From contig DF236983.1 in assembly GCA_000708835.1 (NCBI GenBank), forward strand, positions 197,753-261,752: 64,000 bases of DNA, written 5' to 3'. A program made the translations under genes and the position numbers. Numbering within the stretch: position 1 is the stretch's first letter; each line of letters begins with the position of its first letter. Shown here in pieces: positions 34,901 through 46,346 of the stretch. Under the pieces are notes generated by a model, which was given only the letters and a program-made list of their open reading frames with translations, did no database searches and was not told the DNA's origin. Source of the DNA: Klebsormidium nitens. Taxonomy: Eukaryota; Plantae; Klebsormidiophyceae.

Positions 34901-37233
34901 TGTTTCGTTCTTTCTCTCCCCTCGAGGATTTCCGAAATCCTTTTCGACGTTTGTTTGCTGGGGTTGTTTTTAAAGCTGCGAGTGCACGGAATGTTTTGGG
35001 ACGCAGCAAGTGGGCGGTAGCTAGACGAGGCTTGTAGCAAAACCCTCCTCTGCCTCTGCTGACGCTATGTGGCACTAAATCTATGGGACGGGAGCCGGGG
35101 TTCCGCATCCATCCGTTCGCTTGAATTGGAAAAAAAGATTTGGGCAAGACAAAAGCTTCCGTGTTTAGAGGTTTGGGGAGATCAACGTGCTTGATTGGTG
35201 CCAGGGAGTGCGTGGTAGTCGGTCTGCCCCAGGTGTTGGCAAATTGAAGGATCGCTGTGCGCAACTTTCGGAATTAAGCAGGGCGGTTCTCGATCTTGCG
35301 TCACTCTATGGTATGAGAGGCAGCTCTTAGTTTGTCAGGAAAACCTTTCAAGGCACCAAAGTTGGCACTTCCCGAAAGAAGCGGTGGTTTTACGTCGTTC
35401 TTTACTGAGTTGCTTGTCCGAGATTCCCAAAGGTGGCGAGATTCTACGTTTGTGCGAGGCTGATCCCGTCGATTTTGTCTGCAGACTGAGGTGGCTGCGA
35501 AGAGGGCGCAAGCGTTGGACGGAGCCGAAATGTGAGCGCCGCACAGACGAACATGCTATCCAATTTCCTCTTCACGAAATCGAGAGCTGCTCGGTTGTCT
35601 GCTGAACTTTTTTATTGGTTCCAGCTCGTCCGCTGATGCGACGGAATCAGGCGCGTGGCAGCCTTGATGATGTAGAGTTCCAGCAGAAAAGTCCTGCAAT
35701 GCCTGAAGCCATCTTTGAGCAACTTCTGTTTCCTGAAACGGCTCAGAAGTGGCACTGCGAAAAGCTAAAGCTGGCCTTGTGTCACCGTTTAGGACGCTAT
35801 CTGAGCCAGACATGTTGCCCCACTCAGAGGCGTTTCAGTCTGCAGTTGGCGTCACTTTGAAACCAGAGTCGTAGTCTCCAATCCTCCATGTGGCATCTGT
35901 TTCTGAAGCCAGGTCCGTAATTTGCAGGGGCGGGCGGTTTCTGAAGGTCGCCCCGTGCAAGCCCAAGACGGCTCCGGCGGACGCCAAGAAGCCCCGATTC
36001 GAGGAGCCCCCCCCGCGGGCGCCCGGCTCGTTGCGCGCGTACATCGGCAACCTCGACTGGGGCATCGATGAGGCGATCCTGCGGGACTTTTTCTCGGGGT
36101 GCAACATCCGGGCGGTCAAGTGGGCGGAGGACAAGGACACCGGGCAGTTCAAGGGGTACGGCCACGTGGATTTCGAGGATGAATCATCGTTAGAGAAAGC
36201 GGTTAAAAAGAACCAGGAGCTGTGCCTCGGGCGCCCGATGAAGGTGGCGTACGCGGTGGCGTACGCGGTGGCGAGCAAAGGGGGGGTCCCTGGGGCGGGG
36301 CCTGCGGGGGGGGAGAAAACGAAGGGCGGGTGTTTTGTGTGCGGGGGGGAGGGGCACCGCTCGTTCGAGTGCCCGGAGAAACCCCCCGGGGGAAAGGGGC
36401 CGGCGAAGGGGTCGCAAGCGTGCTTTGTGTGCGGGGAAGAAGGGCACAAGTCATTTGAATGCCCAACGAAGAAAGGCGGGAAGAAAGCGAGGGCTAGCGC
36501 GGAACCCGAGGCGGCACCGGACGATAACCATGTGGTTGAGACGGAAGTGAAACCGGTGGGAGAGGGGTGTTTCGTCTGTGGCCAGGAAGGGCACCGGTCG
36601 TTTGAGTGCCCGGTTAAGATGGGCAGGGCTGCGGCCCCGGTACAAACCGCCGGGGAGACGTGCTTCGAGTGCGGACAGGCCGGACACAAATCGTACCAGT
36701 GTCCGCAAAAGAAGGCGAAGAGCGGCCGTAGCGGTATCCAAAGTGAGGGGCAGAGTAACGACGACACGTGCTTTGAGTGCGGACAGGTCGGACACAAATC
36801 GTACCAGTGTCCGCAAAAGAAGGAGAAGAGCGGCCGAAGCGCGCGCGAAAGTGGGAGGCAAGGTGATGACGACACGTGTTTCGTGTGTGGGGAGGTGGGG
36901 CACAAATCGTATCAATGTCCGTCCAAGGGGGCCGGAAAGCCAGCGGAAAAGGGAGGCGGGGAGCGGAACGCTAAGGTGGATAAGAGCAGTGACGCGTGCT
37001 TCGTGTGCGGACAAGAGGGGCATAAGTCGTACCAGTGCCCGCAGAAAGAGAAGAAGGTGGCGGGGACTGCAGAGCAGGTTTTGGCTCCAGTAGAACAGAT
37101 GGAGTCGAGACAAGACAGAGAAGTGAACGGGGTGAAGCTGGATAAGAGCGTCGATGCATGCTTCGTCTGTGGAAAGCCGGGGCATAAGTCGTTCCAATGC
37201 CCTTTGAAGCCAAAACGTGAACGGAAGACTTGA
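31930..37233 (+). CDS. PHIP1: PHIP1-like RNA-binding protein: acidic S/E/D N-terminus, 2 RRMs, 8 CCHC zinc knuckles
   Basis: Exons 31930-32293, 33117-34017, 34664-34832, 35485-35531, 35928-37233, phase-consistent. RRM1: RVYVGGMPF..GICFITFKTEVAAKRAQALDG. RRM2: RAYIGNL..KGYGHVDF. Eight C-x2-C-x4-H-x4-C repeats follow. An upstream in-frame ATG at 31867 is also possible. Confidence 0.85.
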
Positions 37234-37958
37234 TGGAGAGCACTGCATACAGGACAGCCGGTAGCATGCGAGATACACTGTCACCTGAACCCCCTTAAGC
37301 AGTCTGAATCTCCTTTTTCCATCGAGTCGGCCGGATCCAAGCTTGTCAGCTTTAGACGTCTTCAAGTTTTGATCAGTGGCAAAAATAGAAACACGTCAAT
37401 CACTTAAACTTGTTTTTCGTCGTCGCACAATCTTTGAATCTTGGCACAGCCTCAGTGGCTACCGACTGCCACCCGATCGCCCTACCAAGACGGCATGTAT
37501 GTATTTCTAACTAGGATGGTTTGAGTAGCGTCATTCCATCCAATGTGTGCGCGAGCAGCGAATAGTTGCACCGAAGATGTACGAAGGTGCGAGCTGCAGT
37601 GCATTTCGATAGAGGCCTTGATCCTTCGGCGACCCGCCCGCGACATCCTTGGTTGCATGATAGCTCGGGACATAGTTGGTCTGTGCATGCGGACTTGCAG
37701 TTGCTTTTCCTTCTTATACGTTAAGTTCTTGCTGCCCACAATTCTCGTCGGATCACTAATATATCTGCGCACAGCGATCGGTGCTTGCAGTTTTATTTAT
37801 ATCGCATGAGACGGACGCGATTTGCGAGTGCATACTCACGCTCGTTCGCTTAAGAGTCCTCTACTCAGCCGATCTTAGAAGCATACAATCTGCTCGGCTT
37901 CCACAAATCACCGCGGATTTGCCCCTCCGGCCTTATCCTGTCATCCTGCTTCGTTGCA

Positions 37959-38192
37959 TCACCTTATCATGTAAGTATACACGCCGAGCACTTTCAGCGG
38001 CCCTGTCTGCACGCCTTTGGTGGAATGCACCGATGCCATCTGAAAGGTGACGGCAATCCCGTCAACGATCCGCCGGAACACGTTTCCGTGCCTCGCCTCG
38101 CTGTCAATCTCTGAGACCAAGTAGCCGCGGTCCAGCTCCGCGAGCTCGCGCAGAGTGCGCGCGAGCGCGCAAAAATGCGCTGGATCGGGGCC
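37959..38192 (-). CDS. Hypothetical coding exon, possibly a downstream exon of the 39422 gene
   Basis: GC-rich open frame after an AATAG acceptor: GPDPAHFCALARTLRELAELDRGYLVSEIDSEARHGNVFRRIVDGIAVTF... Family not recognised. Confidence 0.35.
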   Translation of the reverse strand, partial: GPDPAHFCALARTLRELAELDRGYLVSEIDSEARHGNVFRRIVDGIAVTFQMASVHSTKGVQTGPLKVLGVYTYMIR

Positions 38193-39209
38193 CTATTCTA
38201 CATTGTTCTACATCACCCCGATGCATTGCAATTGCTATAAAGTATAACGCGGCAGCATCTATTCAAGCTTGTAGAATATATGACACCTTGGAATATCGCA
38301 GCGCATTTGCTATTCTAAGGTGACCTTGCGAATCTGTTTCTCGACGGGGCTTGGAGGCTGTCCTGTTTCATTCCTGGCTTCTTCGACTGGTGGAACGCCC
38401 CTCTCCTGGTGTGCGGCCCCCTCCTGCAGCAAAGTAAAAACGAGCTCATGGGGGTGTGCTGCGCTCAACACGAAAGGGAAACGATTTCAGTTTGTGTTAT
38501 GCTAAGCGCTGTCGATCGTACGTGTGCTGCAACTGAAATTGGTCGAAGCACCCACGGCGAGCAGCACGCGGAAGCAGCTACGATGCAACACTGGCCGCAC
38601 TTGAAGTCCGGATTCGGATTGATTTCTTACCACTCATGTCAGAAAGCAAGTTGTACTTTGATAAGGAGCACTGTTCAAAATGAGCGTGGGAAGGAAGACA
38701 AGTCTGCCGGCACGTTGACAGCTCCCTGAATTGATGCTAGCCGCCCGTTGAATGATGAAAAAGCCCAACGGACTTTGCTGAAGGCTTGCCATGTATCTCT
38801 CACTCTGCCCCCTCGAGGAGCCAACAGCTTTCAGATGATATCCGCTGTCGATGTTTTCCTCGGGACGCAAAGATTTCTAACTGCTAGAGCAACGGAAGGC
38901 GATTAAAATGTAAGATTTCCCCTCCCTGAAATCCGAACTATCGTCAGTGTCCTTAAGATCTTCGAAGCACTCCGACTAACTCTCTCCAATGACCTTTTAT
39001 TCCCGTGACGTTTTCCTTCTTAGTAAAAACAAATATGTGTTCAACGCATTAAACAAATTACTGATTGCCTCAAACAGAGCTTGACGGTGTAGACATCACC
39101 GTTAGGTCACTTTGAACCTCTGGCAGACAGACACAATAGCACTCATCTCGTTCCATGTACCAACGTACCATGCATGCGAAATGCATCTTGAAAATCTTTC
39201 TGGCCTCAC

Positions 39210-39422
39210 ATTCGGTTCATAGTTCGGATCATTCTTGTCGAGGACCTCCACGACGGGTCGCATCTCCTCTTCGCCGGGTACTCCCCACCCATGCACTCCC
39301 CCCTTCCGGGGCCCGTCGGGAAAGCCCGTTCCGCTGTGCCGATGGCCCGTTCCGCTCCGGCGGTCCAGGCGCTCCTCCCCTCTTTTGATCTTGACCTCTT
39401 TCACATGCTCACCCAGCGGCAT
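39210..39422 (-). CDS. First exon of a protein with a PDCD4/SERBP1(HABP4)-like N-terminal motif
   Basis: ATG at 39422, 71 codons, then a GTGAGG donor: RLDRRSGTGHRHSGTGFPDGPRKGGVHGWGVPGEEE..LDKNDPNYE. Downstream exons are not resolved. Confidence 0.6.
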
Positions 39423-40524
39423 TCTCAGCACTCGAAGGACACCCGAGGATTGTCAATAGTCACTATTATAAAATCAATCGAGCACAAGACTGCATTTCGT
39501 CCACCAAAGCCCGAAAGCAGAAAAAGCGCTTGCTAAGCTTGATCACAAGGGCCCTTGAAAGCGAAACGGAAGCTTTTGGTCTCTATTCAGCTGGAAACAT
39601 ACCGCTGCTCGACAGATTAGATTTGGCAAAGGCGGATTTCAGGCTCACTTGATCAAGGAGAAACTTGAAAAGCTACTCAATTTTCTGCCGTTAGGCGTCT
39701 TCTGCGGTTTGAAGCTGGCAAAGTAGGTGGGAGCTCCACATGCAGGTGCTCGCGCATAACTTCAAGTCAGGCAGAATGTAGTACGCAGATCAGTGAGGTC
39801 AAATGGTTTGAAGGGCTTTTGTCAATCGGACTCAAAGACCTTTCACGACTCCGTTGAGACTGCAAGATCTTACAATGCGCGACGAGCACCATGCCGTCAG
39901 AGACTCGAGATCAGAGTGCCTGACGCTGTGACATTCGAGCTTCTATAGCGCGCGCAAATGCGCTTTTTGTCAAAAGATCTGCATGTGCCTCGTGTGACGA
40001 CGATCACGTGAAGGAAGATAGGATCAGGTGCAACCACTTCAGAGATGCGCTGGCGCGATCTGATTGCTTTGCAATCAGCTCTCGGCTTGCTGACTGAGCA
40101 AATATTCACGTGCATCTTCATGGTCTGTTTCGAGCTTGGAGTCACAAAAATCGAATGGCTTTAACGGAGGTGCTGGCGTAGACATCTTCGACGAGCCAGT
40201 TTTAGAAGTCGAAACGCCGCGAGAAAGGATCCGATCTGTTCCTTCCTTCGAGCTTCTGTGGACGTGTGTGGACGCCAGTATGCACGAACAAGTGTTCGTG
40301 TAAAGAATGCTCACTTCGATCAATGTCAGGTGCTTTAGACGCCAACTTATTGAGCCAGTCCAACACAAGGTCGGAGTTCGAAGAAACTTGTGAAACCGCT
40401 GTAAGCTTCGAAGTGCAGAAAAGGTGAAATAACAGCGTCGAATAATTTAATATCACAGACTTGAAAGAGATCAAATCAGACTCTAGTTGGTTCGATACGG
40501 GGACTGAAAAACGGGTCGGTAAGA

Positions 40525-40550
40525 GGGGAGGCGTACAGGGGAGGCGTACA
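40525..40550. repeat. Perfect 13-nt tandem duplication
   Basis: ggggaggcgtaca x2. Confidence 0.9.
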
Positions 40551-40870
40551 GTAGAATCTTGAAAGAAGAAGAGACAGCATTGCATTCTCTTCGAGTCAAA
40601 ATGCAGAATTCTTTATTTGCAATCGACTTCACAGAACCATAGCCTCGAGAACGCCGCCCTTCGAGCATCCCCTGACGCTTCTCTGCGCCTCCTTCCCTTG
40701 AAATCCTCGCCGTCTCCTATCTACATCAAGCTCGAAAGGGACAGCTTTGCTGTATCTCTGCCGTCTCTTTCTGCGAAGGGCCTGCTGCTCTGCTTGACTG
40801 TCCGCGCCGTTCACCAAGAAACTCTGTCAAGACTTGCTGAAGGACTGCGAAGGGTGCGCGGATCAAAATC

Positions 40871-43800
40871 ATGGCGGTCGAGACAGAGAAGAAGCCTGGC
40901 ACATGCAAGTGGTTCAACAGCACGAAGGGGTATGGGTACATCACCCCTGACGATGGTGAGCGCTTGCATTGCATTCAGAGCTGTGATCAGATTTTTTTTG
41001 ACCCTGATCCATCCCGAGGATTTTCATTCTTCTTGAGGTTTTTGAAGCATGCGAGGTCTGCTATAGTTGTCCCATAAGGATTTTTGCAACAGCATGAGGA
41101 ACATAGAGACTGATGAAGCTTCGATCTTCTGGAGGATCTTCAATTCTGTGCCATGTATCTGCTTCGATCTGGAAGGTCTGAAACAATGTATCTTATAGAG
41201 TTTTTGCTTTAAGGGCTCTGTTAATTTGAAATCTAGGTAAGTTTTCTTGTCCTGAGTCTTGCTTGCATGTCTGTTAAGTTCGAATCATGGAGATACTGCA
41301 TTCATGAGTGGTCTTCTGCCTACCTGGATCTTCTGTTATCTTATTGGCTCGTGTAGATTACACGGGAGACTTTTGGTCCATGTTTGATCCACAGCATGGT
41401 CTTTGAAGATTTTGTAATGGGTTGCAACTTTAGCCCAATGTGACAGCTGGAACATATGACAGCATCCAAATAGACAAGCCCTCACTTTCGAAGATCTCCA
41501 TCCCAGGAACCCAATGGGTTTTGCTGATGTACTTCAAAATCTGAACAGTATTTCATTGAAAAAATGGTTACTGCTGAGCAGACCATTACCACTTGATCAG
41601 GGATTGTGAGACGCAGTGGGGATGCTTAACCTCATTGGAAGTGCAAAACATCTGTTATTTCGGAATCCCTGATTCTAAGCTGACTAGCATTCTTGGTGTT
41701 TTTGTAGGACGAAATCTTAGCCTGACTCGAAGCGAGAAAGCTCGCTTGCTTCGTCCGGGTGCTTGTGTCATCATCAAAAACCTTCATGCAGCTTCTGAGA
41801 GTACCTGCTTATCATCGCAGCGTCTTGTCTACTTTCGTCGCCGATCTGACCTTGATTTCCTCTCTTTTGAATTCTAGAAATGGTTACTTCTCCAAATTTG
41901 CGCTTTCTTTGCTTGCTTCCAGGAAGCGACGACCTCTTCGTGCACCAGACCAGCATCCACGCCGACGGCTTCCGCAGCCTCAAGGAGGGCGAACCAGTGG
42001 AGTTCACGGTTGGTACCGGCGATGACGGACGCTTGAAGGCGCTGGACGTCACAGGGCCTGGCGGTGCAGCCGTCCAGGGTGCACCCCGCGAGCAGATGAG
42101 GTGGGGTTCCTATCCTCTGCGTTCTGAATCTTCAGCTGCATCCCGAAGGAGTCTTAAGAGGCAGCCCTCTTCAAGGTATTCTTCGTGGATGCTTCTCTGT
42201 TAACGTCTTGAAGGACGTGGAGAAGCTCTTGCTTGAATCGAAGTTTGCGAATCACTTGTCTGTGAAACTTGGGCATGTGGAAACCAACTTCTTCAGGGTT
42301 GAAAAGCCAAATTGCTTGTCCTGATTCATTCTAGAAAATGAAACTTTCTGATTCTTCAGATAACATCCATTTTGCTCCGTTGCCATTCTACTCGATTCCT
42401 GGGAGGAGGTATGAAGACTGCTTTTGCGTTGGGTTTTTACATTTCAAGTATAGTCTTCCAATGTCTTTCTGGCTCGTCAAAACCTTTGAGCTGTTCTCAG
42501 TCCGCAAAGCACCATCGATCTTGGTTATCACTAGCCCTTCTTTCAAACCTTTCGCATGTCTTGATTGGCAACTTCGACTTCTCACCAATCACTCCAACCA
42601 TTCACTGCTCTGAAGACCTTGATCCTTCGGATTGTGGCAATCAGATTCAATCTAAAACTTAGGAATTCTGCTTTCTTGGTTGTTCTTCAATCATCTTCAA
42701 ACTCATTTGTACTTGAGTTTCGAAATGGATTCAAAGGTTTCTGGATTTCGACACGCCCCTCGTTGGAATCATCGGGGTATGATCCGGTTCAAGCGGGGCG
42801 GCTCATAAGTCTTCTTCCTCGAAGCAACAGATCAATACTTCTTTTCCATTCGTTTTAGTCTTTTCATCCAGCCCACCTACCACTATCTTGCAGACATCGC
42901 GTTTCTCTAAGCGGCGGCAGCAAAAGCCAAACTGGAGGCTGCTTCTGCTGTACCTCAGACTTGTATGAAGGAATCTCGCTTTTCTAGGACTTCAATAAGT
43001 CCTCTCCGAATTGAACGGCTGCTCTTTCATCCACATTCTGTTCGCGCACTTCGCCGTTGCTTTCATCCTCAGTATCGAATGTCGATCACCCATTTCCACC
43101 CGTTTCCACCATCTCATCCATCTCTTATCTCAGGGACCGTGCTCCTATGGGCGGCGGCGGCGGCTATGGTGCTGGAGGCGGCGGCTATGGCGGCGGCGGC
43201 GGCGGCTACGGAGGCGCGGGCGGCGGGGGCGGCCGCGCGTGCTACCGCTGCGGCCAGGAGGGCCACATCTCGCGCGACTGCCCCAACGAAGCGGGAGCGT
43301 GGGCGGGCGGGGGGGGCTACGGGTGGCGTCGGGGAGGAGGCGGCCGTACGGGCGGGGGGGGCTACGGGCGCGGGCGGTGGGGGCGTACGGGCGGGACGGG
43401 NNNNNNNNNNNNNNNNNNNNGGGCGGTGGGGGCTACGGCGGAGGAGGGGGAGGCTACGGGGGAGGAGGCGGCGGTGGCAGCCGGTGAGCCTGAGAGCTTT
43501 GATTGATGACTTTTTGTTGCGTTTCGTGTATCTTCATCCGTCTCTTTGGAACAAGATGTGGGCGGCTGAAATTGTACGGCCTTTCGATGAAAGAAAGGCC
43601 TCTCGGATGCTCACAACGGAAATGAGATGATTTAATCTTGACAATCTTTGATGACCGTTGATTAGGATACGCCTGATCCAACTTTCAAACAGCAAACCTT
43701 ACACCAAGATCTGCACTGCGCTTGAGACATTAGCCAGCGAAGGCATCTGGGGTCCATTCTATCGGCTTTCACCGTTCCCCAGAATCCGCGATAAAAGACG

Positions 43801-44856
43801 CTGACAATCCGCGGACAAAGTCTCCTTGCGATCTACAAGCATCTCGACAGAGAGGAGATCCATGTCGAATTGTTCAAAAACATCGTCTCGTGCTCGACGA
43901 GTCTGTGACCGAGAATTTCCTGTTCGCAGGGCATGCTACAAGTGCGGCGAGGAAGGCCACATCTCACGCGACTGCCCGCAGGGCGGCGGGGGCGGCGGCG
44001 GCTATGGTGGCGGTGGAGGCGGCGGCGGCAGCAGGCACGTATATCCTTGCTCTGACCGTCTCAGAGAAGTTTTGAACGCGAAGCAAAAGAGTTTGTAGGG
44101 GCTTGCGGTTCCTAGCTCTACGTAAAAGATCGCTCTGTTGCTTCACCTTCTGCTCTTGGTCTTGAAGAAGGAAAGGCTTCAAGTGTGATTGGGCTCGTTG
44201 AAAATTTTGCCATTCCGTTTAGATTACAGTTCCGGTTCACTATGCATGCACACGAAAGTGAGAAGGAAGACGTGTTTCCACTAGTCAAACGTGCTTGCTG
44301 CTTGTTTTGCAGGGCTTGCTACAAGTGCGGTGAGGAGGGTCACATCTCGCGGGACTGCCCACAGGGAGGAGGCGGCGGGTGAGTCAGCCGTTTCAGTAGA
44401 TTCTCAACAGAGATCGAGTACGAATGACGATATGATGATCTTGTCGGTGAAAGAAGGCTGGTTGGCGACGAGTTTTGTCATTCTGAAATTTCTCGGACAA
44501 TGAATTCGTTCATCAATGGAAGCGATTTTGAAGGCACACGAACGTGAAGTATCCGGGGTTCCTGACATAAAACAGGTTCCTGACATAAAACCCTGAAAGA
44601 AAGGGTGAATGTGTTTCCTTCAATCGGGGCAGTTCAACAGATTTACTCCTCTTGAGAACACGCAAAGGTGGATAAGCAACGGAGATCAATCCTTGTCTCG
44701 CCTCAAGTTTGTGAATTCAACTTGACCACCCACCTGCATTTTGAGACTTATAGTCTGACCTCGTTTCGTTTCATTTGCAGCGGCGGCGGCGGCGGCCGCG
44801 GCTGCTACAAGTGCGGTCAGGAGGGTCACATCTCCCGCGACTGCCCGAACCAGTAG
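40871..44856 (+). CDS. Cold-shock domain protein with glycine-rich linkers and 4 CCHC knuckles (plant CSP/GRP2 type)
   Basis: Exons 40871-40955, 41923-42100, 43134-43483, 43930-44034, 44313-44378, 44781-44856. CSD motifs [15 protein letters not shown] and DLFVHQTSI; four CY(R/K)CG(Q/E)EGHISRDCP knuckles. Exon 3 contains an N gap. Confidence 0.93.
43401..43420. other. Assembly gap (20 N) inside a Gly-rich GGC/GGN exon
   Basis: Run of n characters in the sequence. Confidence 1.
44035..44312 (+). other. Non-canonical GC-AG intron in the cold-shock protein gene
   Basis: The downstream exon (TTTTGCAG|G GCT TGC TAC AAG) requires phase 2. AG|GCACGT at 44035 supplies it; the nearby GT at 44039 is phase 0. 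Confidence 0.75.
44557..44591. repeat. Tandem duplication with 18-nt period (intronic)
   Basis: ggttcctgacataaaac(a) x2. Confidence 0.9.
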
Positions 44857-46346
44857 AAGCCCGACCCTCCAGACCTCGAGCTTGCGTCACCACCCGGGGC
44901 CGATTGCGTCACGCGTTGGCGTCTTTCCGTCGCGTTGGGGGAGCGACAGGGGGTTCGAGGGTTGACGAGATTTCACGTTCGGTAGTTTCAGTCTTCGTAG
45001 GTTGGTGGTCAGGCCGGCCCTTTTCTTCTTGGGGCGATGCTTATCTTGGTTAGGGTTAATTTTGACGGCTAAGCGGAAGTCTGGACAGCTGCACAAACCG
45101 TTGTCAGAAATGGGTTCAATTTCAGAGCGGGACAGTCGTGTTTGTCGGCACGCGTGCAGAGGGACACTGTGGCAAGCAGGCAGCGCAGATACTCGTTCTT
45201 TCTGTTTCTGGTGTCAGGAAGTATGTTCGTTTGAGGAAGACGATATGGTCAGTGAGTCGAGCGAAAGATTGCACTTATTGAAACACAGAAGAGGGAGAGG
45301 AGGGAGCGGCACAGTTGAATCCAGCTCGATTGTCGATCGAGATAGATAAAGCTGCGGTCGAAAGGGTAGAGGAGGTACAATCATCTGCAAGCACGCAAGC
45401 GGGCTTTATTTCGATGAGGGGAGGATGGGGAAACATATATTGTAACACGGGGACCATTTTAAGCAAACCTGATCAACTTGTGAAACATGCTGCAATTTCA
45501 ACTTTGGAGCACCACCCCTTTTCGTTGGATAGTACGAGCCCATGGATGCTCATCTCGAACGCTATGCATGCAATCATCAAATGTTGCGATGAAGTACGTA
45601 TTGTATTTAGATTTGCACTCCTGAAATAGGTTCTTCGGCAAACCGTTGAACAGCCTCTGCATTAGCAAGTGTGCACATGCAGCGGGGCACCGCACACGAG
45701 ATAAGGAGCTAGTAGGTGGCCTCGCGTGCAAGTATCCTGTCTAGTCCGCTTGATTCAATCGCAAAAGTATGCCGGACTGAATTGAAGAAGCCGACTACAC
45801 AGACGGGTAATTCGCGCCGTTTGATTGTGGAGGCTTCCCGCAAACAGAAACCTAGCAGACTCTTTGCGCGAGGCTCTCGCGAATTCGTGTATTGCATAAC
45901 TAGCTGCGGTGGACATCTTCAAAGCGTCGGACGAGTTATAGACCATAGGGGCATGCAACCAACAGGGCATCATTGAAAGTGAAGGATGACAATTGGCTTC
46001 AGCTAGGATAGAGGTCACCGCATGCATGGTCTTGTGTACTTGAATCCAGGACCAACCATGCCGCGTCTCATTGCCGAACTTTATTACGTGATCCGCAGGG
46101 AGATGGCACAACAACGGAGTATCATTGATATGGGCCCGGAAGGACAGATTGAATTAGATAATCAACATCACTGTTTATCGAAGTATGCGCGCTTCATTTG
46201 CCCTTGTTGTAAGTGGGAACGTTGCTGACTCTGGCCCGAAGAAAAACTCTCTGTCTCCATCTTCAGTGCGGCCTCTTATACTAGCACTTGTGTTGTTAAA
46301 TCTTCGTGGTAAAAACCGAGTTGGACAAATCTACCAGAATTGCTCC

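Noticed and set aside
35835-36905. 356-aa minus-strand ORF with Cys/His repeats (similarly 33358-33711, 47713-48192, 49526-50269, 55108-55614)
   Set aside because: These are antisense shadows of real exons (PHIP1, MEPCE, AQR). Their periodicity mirrors the sense-strand repeats.
41110-41181. C/D-box snoRNA-like TGATGA...CTGA in cold-shock gene intron 1
   Set aside because: Imperfect C box (CTGATGA), no terminal stem, and no guide complementarity that I could identify.
43320-43420. Odd peptide [21 protein letters not shown] in the cold-shock protein, suggesting an RGG insert or frameshift
   Set aside because: It directly abuts a 20-N gap in a GC-rich low-complexity tract and is most likely low-quality contig-end sequence.
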